A DNA stretch of 64,000 nt from a virus: IMG/VR virus record IMGVR_UViG_3300050139_000358, positions 7,459 to 71,458 of that record; one strand, written 5' to 3'. Position numbers and translations under genes: made by a program. The notes under the pieces were generated by a model. That model did not search any database and had not been told where the DNA came from. It was given only the letters and a program-made list of their open reading frames with translations. Below, piece by piece: positions 27,321-37,094 of this stretch; position 1 is the stretch's first letter, and each line of letters starts with the position of its first letter.

Positions 27321-27677
27321 ATGACTCGTAAAGTCGAATTGGGCGCTCCTTCCCTGACCGGGAAGGACGCCAACGATCTGGTAGCGAAGGAATTCGCCAA
27401 GGTCAAGTATCCGCTGAGTGTTGTGGTTACAAACCACATGCCGCGCGATGTTGTTTTCCCTGAAGTTGAAGGTCTGCATTTGCGTCATACCGCAAGCGCA
27501 GAAGGCAGTCAGGTAACGGTGGAAATCGCCAGCGAAGAGTTGTTCCAGCGCCTGGCATCGAGTGTTGAGCAGATCGCCGAAATGAACGGTTACCTGCTGG
27601 CGCTGACCATTGAAGAAGTTGTTGTAGCGCCTGTTAAGGGCAGTACCACAACTACCGATCCTGTCGCTAAAAAATAA
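27321..27677 (+). CDS. Hypothetical structural protein
   Basis: AAGGAG RBS, between capsid and sheath genes. Confidence 0.65.
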   Translation: MTRKVELGAPSLTGKDANDLVAKEFAKVKYPLSVVVTNHMPRDVVFPEVEGLHLRHTASAEGSQVTVEIASEELFQRLASSVEQIAEMNGYLLALTIEEVVVAPVKGSTTTTDPVAKK

Positions 27678-27688
27678 GGAGGTAGGCC

Positions 27689-29542
27689 ATGAGTACCGCA
27701 TTTGTGAGACAGCTCGGAGCCGAATCCGGGGTGCAGCTGAACCCGCTGCGCGATAACTCCGAGATCCCGACATCCGGCAATTCGGATCAGGTGTTCGGCA
27801 TCATGATGCGCGCCACTCGTGGCCGCATCGACAAGCCGTTCAAGTGTGATCGCGGCAACGTGTTCAAGAAAATCGGCAAGGGTGAGCAGATTCGTGTTTC
27901 CGCCTTGAACGAGGCTTGGGTTCATGTTGTGGAAGCACTGAACAACGGTGCCTATGAGGCTGTCGTACAGCGCCTGACAACGGTGAGTGCCGCTATCAAG
28001 CATGCCGTGGTTAAGGTCGGCTCGGGCGCCGTGTTGACGCCCGTCGTCGCTGCTGGTGTTGTTACCGGCGTCACCGTCACCAATGGCGGCACTGGATACG
28101 GCGTTGCTCCGGCAATTACGTTCACCGGCGTTGGAGCTGGTGCAGTAGCAACCGCGACAGTGGTGAATGGAGTTATCACGGCAATTGTTGTCAGCAATGG
28201 CGGTACCGGTTACACCGTGGCCCCGATTGCAACAGCTGCTCAGACCGTCACGCAAGAAGTGTCCGCCATCGCGCCCGTCGCACCGTACCTGTTCTCGGTC
28301 AAGCATCTTGAATGCTACAACGACGGCATCACGCTCGAATATCGCGCTGATGAAAGCAAGTCCGGCGGCGTAGCGGTATCGAACAACAAGATCACCCTGC
28401 GCATCCGCGACAAGGACGGCGTGCTGCTGTATGAGTTCTACGGATCGCTTGACCCGGTTGCCAAGGACGATTACGGCAATTCTGCTTATTTGCCCGACGT
28501 GGCTATGGCGCTGACTGACGCAGTTGAGATCAGCATCGGTACCGTGGGGGCTGGCGCAACGATTGCCCCTGATTCTCCTGCCTATGGATACGATGCAAAC
28601 GGTCAGGAGAAGTGGGTTAAGTCCGGCGTGCTGGTGTGCTTTGATGAAGGCGATACGGCCTACACCACAGCAGACTACATGGGCGCGCGTCAGAAGCTGC
28701 AATACACCCCGTTCGACTACGCCTACATTTCGTCCGGCGGTACTCAGTCACCGGCGCTGCTCGCACAACTGGCGCAACTGGCCTTCGATACCAACCGGCA
28801 ATTGCGGTTCGACATCCCTGGCAACTTGAGCCCAGACGCAGCGATCACGTTCGTTGAGCAGCTGAACATGGGCGCCAGCCCGACGGCTCACCTGATGCAC
28901 GCTTTCTGGTCGCCGCTCAAGTCCGACGATCCGACCGGAATCAATCCAAAGGGTCATCTGGGCACGGCCACGCTGAATATCGCCTACGCCTGCTTGCGCA
29001 ACGCTCAGACCAATGCCAAGGGATTCGCACCGAAGAACTACGTTATCGCCGGTCGTGAATGGCCGATCCGCCGCACCCGCATGACTCAGGTGTATATGCC
29101 GCGCGATCAGGAGCTGAATGCCCTGGCGCGCGCCAAGATCAATCCGGTGATGTACGAAGTCTATACCGGTGGCGGGCGCTACGTTTTCCGCGACTCTCTG
29201 ACCTGTGCATTGGTCGAGTCGAGCCTGAAGAAGCTGATTTCGGTTGCCGATATGTCAACCAGCATCGACGACGCGGTAACCCGCTTCGGCAAGGACGTGC
29301 TGCAACTGCCGATGCAGATTTCATTGAAGCGGATGCAGGACTTTCTGGCTGAGCTGTTCAGCGGTGCCGAGGCTTCCGGGTGGTTGGTTCCTTCCAGCGC
29401 GCCAGAAATGAACGGCAAGGCATGGAAGTTTGATGTTGCTCCCAATGCGGTACGGCCTTATGACCGCATGGATTGTTCGTACTGGCTGCGTTATGACGGC
29501 ACCGTTCGCCAAATTTTCGTTACCCAGACGCTGACCCGCTAA
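27689..29542 (+). CDS. Tail sheath protein (P1 gp22-like) with inserted beta-repeat domain
   Basis: RATRGRIDKPF near the N-terminus, LARAKINPV, C-terminal ASGWLVP...YDGTVRQI. Confidence 0.75.
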   Translation: MSTAFVRQLGAESGVQLNPLRDNSEIPTSGNSDQVFGIMMRATRGRIDKPFKCDRGNVFKKIGKGEQIRVSALNEAWVHVVEALNNGAYEAVVQRLTTVSAAIKHAVVKVGSGAVLTPVVAAGVVTGVTVTNGGTGYGVAPAITFTGVGAGAVATATVVNGVITAIVVSNGGTGYTVAPIATAAQTVTQEVSAIAPVAPYLFSVKHLECYNDGITLEYRADESKSGGVAVSNNKITLRIRDKDGVLLYEFYGSLDPVAKDDYGNSAYLPDVAMALTDAVEISIGTVGAGATIAPDSPAYGYDANGQEKWVKSGVLVCFDEGDTAYTTADYMGARQKLQYTPFDYAYISSGGTQSPALLAQLAQLAFDTNRQLRFDIPGNLSPDAAITFVEQLNMGASPTAHLMHAFWSPLKSDDPTGINPKGHLGTATLNIAYACLRNAQTNAKGFAPKNYVIAGREWPIRRTRMTQVYMPRDQELNALARAKINPVMYEVYTGGGRYVFRDSLTCALVESSLKKLISVADMSTSIDDAVTRFGKDVLQLPMQISLKRMQDFLAELFSGAEASGWLVPSSAPEMNGKAWKFDVAPNAVRPYDRMDCSYWLRYDGTVRQIFVTQTLTR

Positions 29543-29566
29543 CCCACAAGAGAAGAGGACTGAAAA

Positions 29567-30244
29567 ATGAGCATGACTGAACTGTTGCGCGGGGCGATGA
29601 AGCGCCGCGAACCTAAAAAAACGCTGGATGCAGCCGCTGCTGAAGCTCCCGCCTTGTCCGGCGCCGACGACTACACCATTGCCGACATTTCGCTATCTGC
29701 TGTAGCGGCTGTTCAGCAATGGGCAGAAACCGACGACCTTGACGACGGTGAGAGCTATGCAGACCGCCTCATGGCGCTGATGGTTGGTATTGCCGACGCC
29801 AACAAGGACGGCGAGATCACCGAGGACGAGCAGGGCGTGCTGGATGTGGCGCTCAACGTGGCATGGGACTACCTGGTAAAGCTCGGCGTATCTGAAGAGG
29901 ACGCTGGCAGCTTGCTCAATGACTGGGATGCGGACACTGCTGACCGTGTGCGCGATCTGGTAAGTGCCGCGTTGCCGGAAGGCGAAGAAGAGTCCGCTGC
30001 CGACTTGGATGACTTCGTGTTCGGCAACAACGATCAGGAGCCAGCACTTGATGCTACCTACAAGAAGCGGATTGTTATTCGCGGCGGCAAGAAGGTGCGT
30101 ATCAACAAGCGCGTTTCCGGCACGGTGCGTTTGTCAGCCAAGCAGAAAATCGGCATTCGAAAAATGCGGATGAAGAGCCATTCGGCAGCGGCCATGATGC
30201 ACCGCGCGAAGTCCATGCGCATGCATCGGAGAATGGGGCTGTAA
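29567..30244 (+). CDS. P1 gp21-like virion/prohead-core protein
   Basis: Acidic body with EF-hand-like DANKDGEITEDE and a very basic tail ending RAKSMRMHRRMGL. Confidence 0.55.
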   Translation: MSMTELLRGAMKRREPKKTLDAAAAEAPALSGADDYTIADISLSAVAAVQQWAETDDLDDGESYADRLMALMVGIADANKDGEITEDEQGVLDVALNVAWDYLVKLGVSEEDAGSLLNDWDADTADRVRDLVSAALPEGEEESAADLDDFVFGNNDQEPALDATYKKRIVIRGGKKVRINKRVSGTVRLSAKQKIGIRKMRMKSHSAAAMMHRAKSMRMHRRMGL

Positions 30245-30273
30245 CAAGTTGTTTCTCAATCATCCATAGGGAT

Positions 30274-30305
30274 ATGGCGCTGCTTCACGGTAGCGCCATT
30301 TTTTT
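30274..30305 (+). terminator. Intrinsic terminator
   Basis: ATGGCGCTGC-ttcacg-GTAGCGCCAT followed by a T-run. Confidence 0.75.
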
Positions 30306-30308
30306 ACC

Positions 30309-31097
30309 ATGAAAACTATTGCTCCAAGCCTTGATGCAAACACGCTGTCGTCGCTCTGGGACGGGCTTTCTCCGCACCTGATCGCCAGCTTTTATGAGGT
30401 TGCCAAGGATAAGGATGGAAACTGGGCGCGGACAGAAAAGACCGATCCCAAAACTGTGCTTGCGCCGCTTACTGAGGCAAGCATGGAGATTGCGCTGAAC
30501 TGGCAAAGTCCGTTCGAACAAGCCGGCCCAGAATCCAAAGCGCCGGCGCTGATGGCTATGCTGCAATCCGGAGCCCTGCAGCCGATTGTTGATGCGCTTA
30601 CTGGTAAGTCGAAGGAAGGTGGGGTGCAACAGAAATCGAACGAGTTCTTGAGCCAGTTCGAGGGGCGCACCGGAATCACGAAGCTCAACTCAACCCAGGT
30701 GTTCACCGGGATGCCGCCAGTCAAGATTCAGGTGACTGCGCTGTTCCGTGCCTGGCGCGATCCGGCCAAAGAAGTAGAGGCCCCATTCAACAAGCTGATG
30801 GAGTGGGCGCTCCCGATTGAGCTGTCGAAAGACGGTTCCGTTCTGGCGCGCGCAGCGGAAACGGCAAAAGGAGAAATGGGTTACATCGAGGCGCTGATGC
30901 CGTCCAGATCCCCAACCAGAATCGCCATGAAATACAAAGGCAGGCTGTATTCGCCGTTGGTCATTGAATCCATCGGGCAGCCGATGAATTCTCCCATTGA
31001 CTCAAACGGCCGGTACGTTGAGCTGGCAATACCCATGACACTTTGCACCCTCACGGCGCTCGATCGAACCGACTGGTCGAAGTCAAGCACCCTGTAA
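30309..31097 (+). CDS. Putative tail tube/baseplate-associated protein
   Basis: 262-aa ORF in the tail region. Confidence 0.55.
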   Translation: MKTIAPSLDANTLSSLWDGLSPHLIASFYEVAKDKDGNWARTEKTDPKTVLAPLTEASMEIALNWQSPFEQAGPESKAPALMAMLQSGALQPIVDALTGKSKEGGVQQKSNEFLSQFEGRTGITKLNSTQVFTGMPPVKIQVTALFRAWRDPAKEVEAPFNKLMEWALPIELSKDGSVLARAAETAKGEMGYIEALMPSRSPTRIAMKYKGRLYSPLVIESIGQPMNSPIDSNGRYVELAIPMTLCTLTALDRTDWSKSSTL

Positions 31098-31110
31098 TAG
31101 GAGAACCAAC

Positions 31111-31881
31111 ATGATTAACTTTCCTACCCTCCGCACTCGCCGCCTGACGGTGCAACTGCGCGAGCTTTCAATTGGCGAGTCTATCGCTATTGCCGCCATG
31201 CCAACGCACTTGGAAGAGGCGTCATGCACGGCATTCCTACGCCGTGCCGTAGCGACTGCAAAGGGTATTGAAGACCCTGCACACTGGACAATTCAAGAAC
31301 GCATGCTGGCGGTATGCCACTACCTGGCTTCCGTCTCGGAGGATGGCCCGGACTTCGCGCTGGGTGATGGGCGATATTCGGATTACCTGGACGGCGCTGC
31401 GGATATTTCAACGGCAGTGATTTCCGTTGATGTCGGGGATGTGGGCGACGATGCATGGAAAGTCCGTCACTTGACTGGAGCGATGGCCGAGTCCATAGAA
31501 CGTATGGCCGGTGAGGTTGAGGGAGTTTCGGGCCGCCTGCACTGGCTGCTTGGCGGGATGGCCGCGCAAATGGTCAGGGCTGGCGAGAGCGTACCGGATG
31601 CAACTGATGGAGAAGGCGCTTTTGATGAGTTTCTGATTGGCAGGATGCGCGTCATGGCAGGGTTTCCGGAAAGCGACTTTGCAGACCTCATGAGCCGGTA
31701 TATGGATGGGCGCGAAAAATTGCATCACCTGTTCAAGATCGAATTCGCCCAGGACGGGCTGGTAGCCATGCCGAAAGGGGGCGCAGCAAGTGACTTGCCG
31801 CCCGCACGATTTCCGGTTCGTACCTGTCTCTCAGGAGTGGCGCGCGAACTGGTCGGAAAACCTGATGAATCTGGCATCTAG
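31111..31881 (+). CDS. Putative morphogenetic protein (P1 PmgG-like)
   Basis: WTIQERM...HYL motif and position. Confidence 0.5.
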   Translation: MINFPTLRTRRLTVQLRELSIGESIAIAAMPTHLEEASCTAFLRRAVATAKGIEDPAHWTIQERMLAVCHYLASVSEDGPDFALGDGRYSDYLDGAADISTAVISVDVGDVGDDAWKVRHLTGAMAESIERMAGEVEGVSGRLHWLLGGMAAQMVRAGESVPDATDGEGAFDEFLIGRMRVMAGFPESDFADLMSRYMDGREKLHHLFKIEFAQDGLVAMPKGGAASDLPPARFPVRTCLSGVARELVGKPDESGI

Positions 31882-32089
31882 CCTGAGTCTATATTCTCAC
31901 ACATCATTAAATGACGCGCTGGATTTGCCAGCCAGCGTCGCCAAGAAGTTCTTTGACGGAAAGCCGTTTGAGGAATGGAAAAAGGGAAGGGAATCGGAAT
32001 TGAAAACACAGATTGCTATCGTGAATCGACTCAATGATGTGATCCGCGCGTGCGGGATTGTCGCAAAGACAGTGGCGAAGTCGCGATGA
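31865..32089 (+). CDS. Small hypothetical protein
   Basis: MNLASSLSLYSH..., overlapping both neighbours. Confidence 0.5.
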   Translation: MNLASSLSLYSHTSLNDALDLPASVAKKFFDGKPFEEWKKGRESELKTQIAIVNRLNDVIRACGIVAKTVAKSR

Positions 32090-32514
32090 AATTCCCATCC
32101 CTCACGCTGTATACAGACAATCTTCCGCCCTATGTCGGAGGATGTGCCAATTCCTTTGTGGTACGCATTCACCCAAAGTACCGGAATGACTCCGGGATCC
32201 ATGCTCACGAATATGAGCATGTGCGGCAGTGGTATGTAGGCGTGCTGTTCGGAATTCTGGTAGCGCTGACCATATCGAGCACTACCTCTGCATGGTCGGT
32301 TCTATGGCCGCATGCGCTGATTGCCGGATGTTCTATGCACCCGGTTGCCTATTTGCTGTTTCCACGCTACAGACTGTGGGCCGAAGCGCGCGCATACCGT
32401 ATCCAGGCACGTTGTTACCCCGATGATCGAACCCGCATGTTTTCCAGATTCATCGCAGCAAATTACGAGCTGTCCGTGAGCGTGGACGATGCCGAGGCAG
32501 CAATCCGTGGTTGA
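32086..32514 (+). CDS. Membrane protein with HExxH motif
   Basis: HAHEYEHVRQW, hydrophobic segment, EARAY. Confidence 0.6.
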   Translation: MKFPSLTLYTDNLPPYVGGCANSFVVRIHPKYRNDSGIHAHEYEHVRQWYVGVLFGILVALTISSTTSAWSVLWPHALIAGCSMHPVAYLLFPRYRLWAEARAYRIQARCYPDDRTRMFSRFIAANYELSVSVDDAEAAIRG

Positions 32515-32594
32515 ACTATTTTCAGTGCTGATATTTTCGGCGCCATTTTTAACTGTGGCCTGGGTGCTGCGCAACAACAAGCGAGGATGATGTA

Positions 32595-32966
32595 ATGCAC
32601 GTTGAACTAACTTTTATTGATGCCGTCGGGCTCGTTGTCATGCTGATCGGTGGGGCATGGGCGCTGCTCAAGTCGAATGCTTCCCAGTTCAACAAGGGGC
32701 TTGACCTTAGATTTTCGTCACAAGATGAAAAGCTCAAGCACATCGACATTCTGATGCTCGACATCAAGCGAGTCGAGCTGGAAACGGCGCGTCGGGACAG
32801 CGAATATATAGGGAAATTCTGTACTAAAGATGAGCTACGCGCGATAAATGACCGGTCAGAGCGTGTGTCAAGTCAGATATTCGAGCTGCTGCGCCACATC
32901 GATGACAAGCTGGACACCAAGGTCAACCGGGACGAACTCAACGGATGCAAGGCTGGGCAGCAATGA
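32595..32966 (+). CDS. Single-TM coiled-coil protein (holin/antiholin candidate)
   Basis: N-terminal TM helix, directly before the endolysin. Confidence 0.55.
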   Translation: MHVELTFIDAVGLVVMLIGGAWALLKSNASQFNKGLDLRFSSQDEKLKHIDILMLDIKRVELETARRDSEYIGKFCTKDELRAINDRSERVSSQIFELLRHIDDKLDTKVNRDELNGCKAGQQ

Positions 32967-33574
32967 ACCTGACCGCCAAACAACTCGCCGATGCTGTCGG
33001 ATGCCCGCTGGAACGCGCACAGCGCTGGGCTGATCCGCTTAATGCGGCGATGGAGCGCTACCAGATCAACACGCCAGATCGGAAGGCGCAATTCCTGGCT
33101 CAGATTGGGCATGAATCTGGCGCACTGGCGCGCATGTCTGAGAATCTGAATTATTCCTCAGCTGGATTGCTGGCTAACTTTCGCACGCACTTTACCAAGG
33201 AAGAGGCTGATAAATATCAGCGTCGCCCTATGGCTATTGCCAACCGTGCTTACGCCAGTCGTTATGGCAATGGAGACGAAGCGAGTGGCGACGGGTGGAC
33301 TTATCGCGGCAGAGGGTTGATACAACTGACGTTCAAGGATAACTACCGCGCATGCGGAACGGCGCTGGGTAAAGACCTAGTGGCCAACCCCGACCTATTG
33401 CTGAGTCCTGAGCTCGCTGCGCTGGCGGCGGCATGGTACTGGCAGTCGCACGGTTGTAACGCCATGGCCGATGCAGGCGAGATTCGCGGTATCACCAAGG
33501 CAGTGAACGGCGGGTACAACGGGCTGCCTGAACGTATTGCGCTGCTAAGTCAGGCAAGTTCTGCATTGGCATAG
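32963..33574 (+). CDS. Endolysin, glycoside hydrolase family 19
   Basis: FLAQIGHESG, ENLNYS, YRGRGLIQLT..DNY, ITKAVNGGYNG. Confidence 0.92.
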   Translation: MNLTAKQLADAVGCPLERAQRWADPLNAAMERYQINTPDRKAQFLAQIGHESGALARMSENLNYSSAGLLANFRTHFTKEEADKYQRRPMAIANRAYASRYGNGDEASGDGWTYRGRGLIQLTFKDNYRACGTALGKDLVANPDLLLSPELAALAAAWYWQSHGCNAMADAGEIRGITKAVNGGYNGLPERIALLSQASSALA

Positions 33575-33613
33575 CGGGCGATTTTGATTCTGTAAATAAA
33601 AAGGAAGGTAGTC

Positions 33614-33958
33614 ATGACTGACATTCGCATTGATTCGTTTTTGATGGTACTGGCAATGGCTTACCTTGGCGCATTTGCTCACTGGTTCAAAATGAAGCGC
33701 GCCAAGCGTGTGATGGGGACGTTCTTTGATTACCTGATCGCGGATTATCCTGGGCGCTCGGTGGCTACCGGATTCGCCATTGTCGCAGCGGCCTGGCTGT
33801 CTGCCACGTCCGGCACGGCTGACTTGATTAACCCGCAATTGCTATGGGCATCGCTGGTCGCTGGCGTGCTCAATATTCAGAGCGTAAACGGCGTGATGGT
33901 GGCAATTGCGGTTGGGTATGCGCTGGACAGCGGAATCAACAAAGGAGGTGACCAATGA
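33614..33958 (+). CDS. Putative holin
   Basis: 114 aa with 2-3 TM segments, in the lysis cassette. Confidence 0.55.
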   Translation: MTDIRIDSFLMVLAMAYLGAFAHWFKMKRAKRVMGTFFDYLIADYPGRSVATGFAIVAAAWLSATSGTADLINPQLLWASLVAGVLNIQSVNGVMVAIAVGYALDSGINKGGDQ

Positions 33959-34608
33959 AAATTGCCATCGCCCTTATTTTTGCGCTGTTCGCACAGTTTT
34001 CTTATGCCGACTGCCCGCAATTCTATCCGCTGGGCCGGGTTGTCGCTGTTCCTGATTCGGTTGAGCTCTGCAACAGCTTCTACGCAGTCAAATACGACGC
34101 CGCACGCCATGAGCCGATTATCTCGGTCGAGAAATTCCGCTCCGGTGCTCACCCAGAGCGCCTGAATGACTTTCACCCTGATTTACGACTCGACACAGCG
34201 ACGCGCGCCGAAAAGGCAGACTACTTGCACTCTGGATTTGACCAGGGCCACATGACGCCAGCGGCAGACTCTACCAGCGCAGAAGAAATGCACGACACCT
34301 TCCTATTGTCGAATATGACCCCGCAAGAGCCAACGCTGAACCGCCGGTCATGGCGAATGCTTGAGATCCATGTGCGCCAGATTTCCCCGGACTATGTGGT
34401 GACGGGAGCAATTTATCAGGAATATCCAGCATTCATAGGCGCTCATCATGTTCCGGTTCCGCTCGGGTATTACAAGATGATCTGGAAGGACGGGGTAACG
34501 ACAGCGTGGTATGCGGACAACATACCGAATGCCGATGTTAGGCCGTCAACTGTTGATACGATCGAGCAGCTGTCCGGCCTTAAATTTCCACGATACGAGG
34601 TGAATTGA
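33955..34608 (+). CDS. Secreted DNA/RNA non-specific endonuclease (NucA/EndoG family)
   Basis: Signal peptide, DY..SGFDQGHMTPAAD, TFLLSNMTPQ..LNR..W..LE. Confidence 0.88.
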   Translation: MKIAIALIFALFAQFSYADCPQFYPLGRVVAVPDSVELCNSFYAVKYDAARHEPIISVEKFRSGAHPERLNDFHPDLRLDTATRAEKADYLHSGFDQGHMTPAADSTSAEEMHDTFLLSNMTPQEPTLNRRSWRMLEIHVRQISPDYVVTGAIYQEYPAFIGAHHVPVPLGYYKMIWKDGVTTAWYADNIPNADVRPSTVDTIEQLSGLKFPRYEVN

Positions 34609-35138
34609 TGGGCATCATGGACACGATTAAAGCCTACGCCGCTGCAATTAAGCTGGCGCTCGGCCTGTTGCTCATCGCGGGTGCGGCGTTCGCATGGTGG
34701 CATCACGGCAACCTGCGATATTCCGAAGGGCAGGCAGAAGTGCAGGCGCTTTGGGATGCTGACAAAAAAGCATCAGCCGACACCATCATCGCATCGCTGA
34801 CTGAGAACGAAACCCTTAAATCTAAATTGGAGATAAACAAAAATGAATCTCAGAAACATATTGATGCTCTTGCTGCTGACAATAAGCGCCTCCGGGTGCT
34901 GCTTCCTCAGTTCCAAGTATTGTCCACCGCCGGAGCATCAGGTGGTAAAACTACCGCCCCCGGCGGAGGCGTATCAGGAATTGCCGGTGGATGGGCACTA
35001 CCAAGCCAGGCTGAAAGCCCGCAAGGAGCGCTTGATGAATTCATGGCAGAAAACGACACAGACGCCCTCGGATCAGACACGGTAATCAACTCTTGCCGAG
35101 TTGTATTCGAATGGGCACGAGCACAAGCCCCCAAGTAG
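34605..35138 (+). CDS. i-spanin (Rz-like)
   Basis: N-terminal TM plus coiled coil, in the lysis cassette. Confidence 0.65.
   Translation: MMGIMDTIKAYAAAIKLALGLLLIAGAAFAWWHHGNLRYSEGQAEVQALWDADKKASADTIIASLTENETLKSKLEINKNESQKHIDALAADNKRLRVLLPQFQVLSTAGASGGKTTAPGGGVSGIAGGWALPSQAESPQGALDEFMAENDTDALGSDTVINSCRVVFEWARAQAPK
34843..35085 (+). CDS. o-spanin (Rz1-like lipoprotein) embedded in the i-spanin gene
   Basis: MNLRNILMLLLLTISASG|C lipobox, Pro-rich, GGAG RBS, alternative frame. Confidence 0.7.
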   Translation: MNLRNILMLLLLTISASGCCFLSSKYCPPPEHQVVKLPPPAEAYQELPVDGHYQARLKARKERLMNSWQKTTQTPSDQTR

Positions 35139-35228
35139 GCGGGTACGTGCAGTGTCCGAACCCTGATTGCAGGGTCTGGCAACTATCACACCGCCGCTGT
35201 TTTTGCTGCGGGAAGCCGTTATAGGTTC

Positions 35229-35268
35229 GGAAAACAAACCATTTGTGCCAGCGTCGTTGAAATACAGT
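35229..35268 (+). promoter_or_regulatory. Putative late promoter (GGAAAAC-N27-TACAGT)
   Basis: Intergenic, upstream of 35303. Confidence 0.55.
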
Positions 35269-35302
35269 TCACAGAAGCACACTACTACCGAAAGGGCATG
35301 CC

Positions 35303-35803
35303 ATGACCGTATCAAATGCAGCATACTTGAAAGGCTTTTACGACACGACCAAGGCGCTCGGCGCCAAGGTTATTTCCAGTGATTTCACGATGGAAATCGA
35401 GGGATTCGAGCAGAATTACTTGCTGTGCAAGCAAGCGCCATGGCCTGAGCTGTCCCCGGCTGGTGAAATTGAAGTGACTACGCCGCTCGGCGCGACCATG
35501 TGGCAGGCGCAGCAAGTCAAGGTTGCCCAACAAGGCCAGATTTCACTGATGGAAACCGTTGCTGGAACCATCGACAATATGCTGGTCAGCCTGATCTCCA
35601 AGGGCGGCACTTTCAATGCCAAGATTTACGAAGGTACGCCACAGAAGTTCCTGAGAGCCAAGCGCATTGTCGATTGCTTCATTCAGCTCGACAACCCGGA
35701 TCGCGACTGGGAAAACCGTTCGCAAATCCTGCTGTTCTCCGGCACGATGTTCTTCCATTACTTTGGCGAAATCACACCAGGCAATTCTGGCGATTACCGA
35801 TAA
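35303..35803 (+). CDS. Tail tube/baseplate protein (P1 BplB-like)
   Basis: 166 aa, tube-like beta pattern (EIEV.TP.G...Q, LFSGTMFFHYF). Confidence 0.6.
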   Translation: MTVSNAAYLKGFYDTTKALGAKVISSDFTMEIEGFEQNYLLCKQAPWPELSPAGEIEVTTPLGATMWQAQQVKVAQQGQISLMETVAGTIDNMLVSLISKGGTFNAKIYEGTPQKFLRAKRIVDCFIQLDNPDRDWENRSQILLFSGTMFFHYFGEITPGNSGDYR

Positions 35804-35806
35804 GCC

Positions 35807-36196
35807 ATGGCAACACTGGAAGCGCTTTCTATTCGCTTCGCCACACAGGAGCGCCCGGCAGGTAATCTGCTGGCGGCTCCTGACGTGCTTGCTCAGGCAA
35901 TGGCAGCGGCCAGTTTCTACGCTGGATTCGCTGAGATACGGTCGCGGGTAGTTATTCCGCCAGCTGCCGTACCTGCCTTATCAGGAGCGACCGAAATAAA
36001 CGAATCGGAGTGGGCATTGATGCGCCCTCTGTTCATGCTCTATATTGAGCGCGAGACCGCCTTGCAGCTTGAGGCGTCGCGCGGCCTTGGCATGGATGTT
36101 TTTGGCCGGTCATCAAGTGAGGTTGCCGGGGACATCGTGCAAATTGAAATGGAGCTTCCTCACCGCGCGTTCTGCCGTGAAATTGTGACGGTGTAG
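35807..36196 (+). CDS. Putative head-tail adaptor (P1 PmgC-like)
   Basis: EWALMRPLF.LY.ERE.A..LEASRGLG motif. Confidence 0.5.
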   Translation: MATLEALSIRFATQERPAGNLLAAPDVLAQAMAAASFYAGFAEIRSRVVIPPAAVPALSGATEINESEWALMRPLFMLYIERETALQLEASRGLGMDVFGRSSSEVAGDIVQIEMELPHRAFCREIVTV

Positions 36197-36200
36197 CGCT

Positions 36201-37094
36201 GTGATTCTCTACCTCGCCAATGGCAAGCAGATTCGCGGCGACCTGATTGTTTCTGCCATCCTTCGCTCTGATTTATCCCCGGTTCCGGTAACGCTTGAGG
36301 CTGAAATCCGCGTCGATGACGACTTGGCGAAACAGCTTGCCGAGGGTGGAATTATCACTTCTGGATCCGGCGACGCGCTGCGCATTGTGAAATCTGTTCT
36401 GGCGGTTGATCGTGTAGCGCAGGGCGAGCGCGAAATGGCCGCCGTGCGCATCACTGCCATGCTGGATTCCTGCCATAGCATCGCGTTCGTGCGTAGTCGG
36501 GCCGTCATCAAGGAAAGCGCGGCACTGTCGGCTATCTACCGTGCCGCTGGAGCAACGATCAAGTCGGTCGATGCTGACTTCCCAGTGCCGCGCTTCTGCT
36601 GCCCGGTTGGAGATACGCCGAGCTTTCACATAGCCCGAGTATTGCAGGAAGAAGGCGGCGCGGTACGCTGGAAATCAGGAAGCCTAAAGTTCTTCAGGCT
36701 CGCAGACCTGTTCAAGCAAAAGGCCGTCATGGATCTGCCGAACAATGCGTCGGACGATATCAGCAGCGGGTTTATGGAGCGCCATGAAATACCGTGGTTC
36801 TTTTCGCTGAACGATTCTGGTGGCTTTGTTTTTGGCAACCAGAGCAAGCCGCGCAGCGTGCGCTACTCGCCATTCAAGAACGTCCAGCACCTGCGCAGCA
36901 TGTCGCGTTGCTTGGTGCAGCGCAAAATCTCGAAAATCAACTTTTCAGGCCAGCTTGTGGCTGGCGATCTGATCAATTTCATTGGTAGAAAGCCGCTGTG
37001 CATCATCACGGCAGTTCATGTCTATGAGAGCGGAACAGACGGAAGCGGAAGCAACCAATATACCCGCCTTTGGCTGGGCAGTCTGGAGGAATAA
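36201..37094 (+). CDS. Baseplate hub-like protein (P1 gp6-like)
   Basis: SAILRSDL.PVPVTLE motif. Precedes the spike gene. Confidence 0.55.
   Translation: MILYLANGKQIRGDLIVSAILRSDLSPVPVTLEAEIRVDDDLAKQLAEGGIITSGSGDALRIVKSVLAVDRVAQGEREMAAVRITAMLDSCHSIAFVRSRAVIKESAALSAIYRAAGATIKSVDADFPVPRFCCPVGDTPSFHIARVLQEEGGAVRWKSGSLKFFRLADLFKQKAVMDLPNNASDDISSGFMERHEIPWFFSLNDSGGFVFGNQSKPRSVRYSPFKNVQHLRSMSRCLVQRKISKINFSGQLVAGDLINFIGRKPLCIITAVHVYESGTDGSGSNQYTRLWLGSLEE

Noticed and set aside
25763-28702. Long minus-strand ORFs (479 aa and 370 aa)
   Set aside because: Antisense shadows of the codon-biased capsid and sheath genes, with no recognisable motifs.
31790-32089. Programmed frameshift joining 31111-31881 to the next ORF (tail chaperone style)
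   Set aside because: No canonical XXXYYYZ slippery site identified, and an independent ATG exists at 31865.
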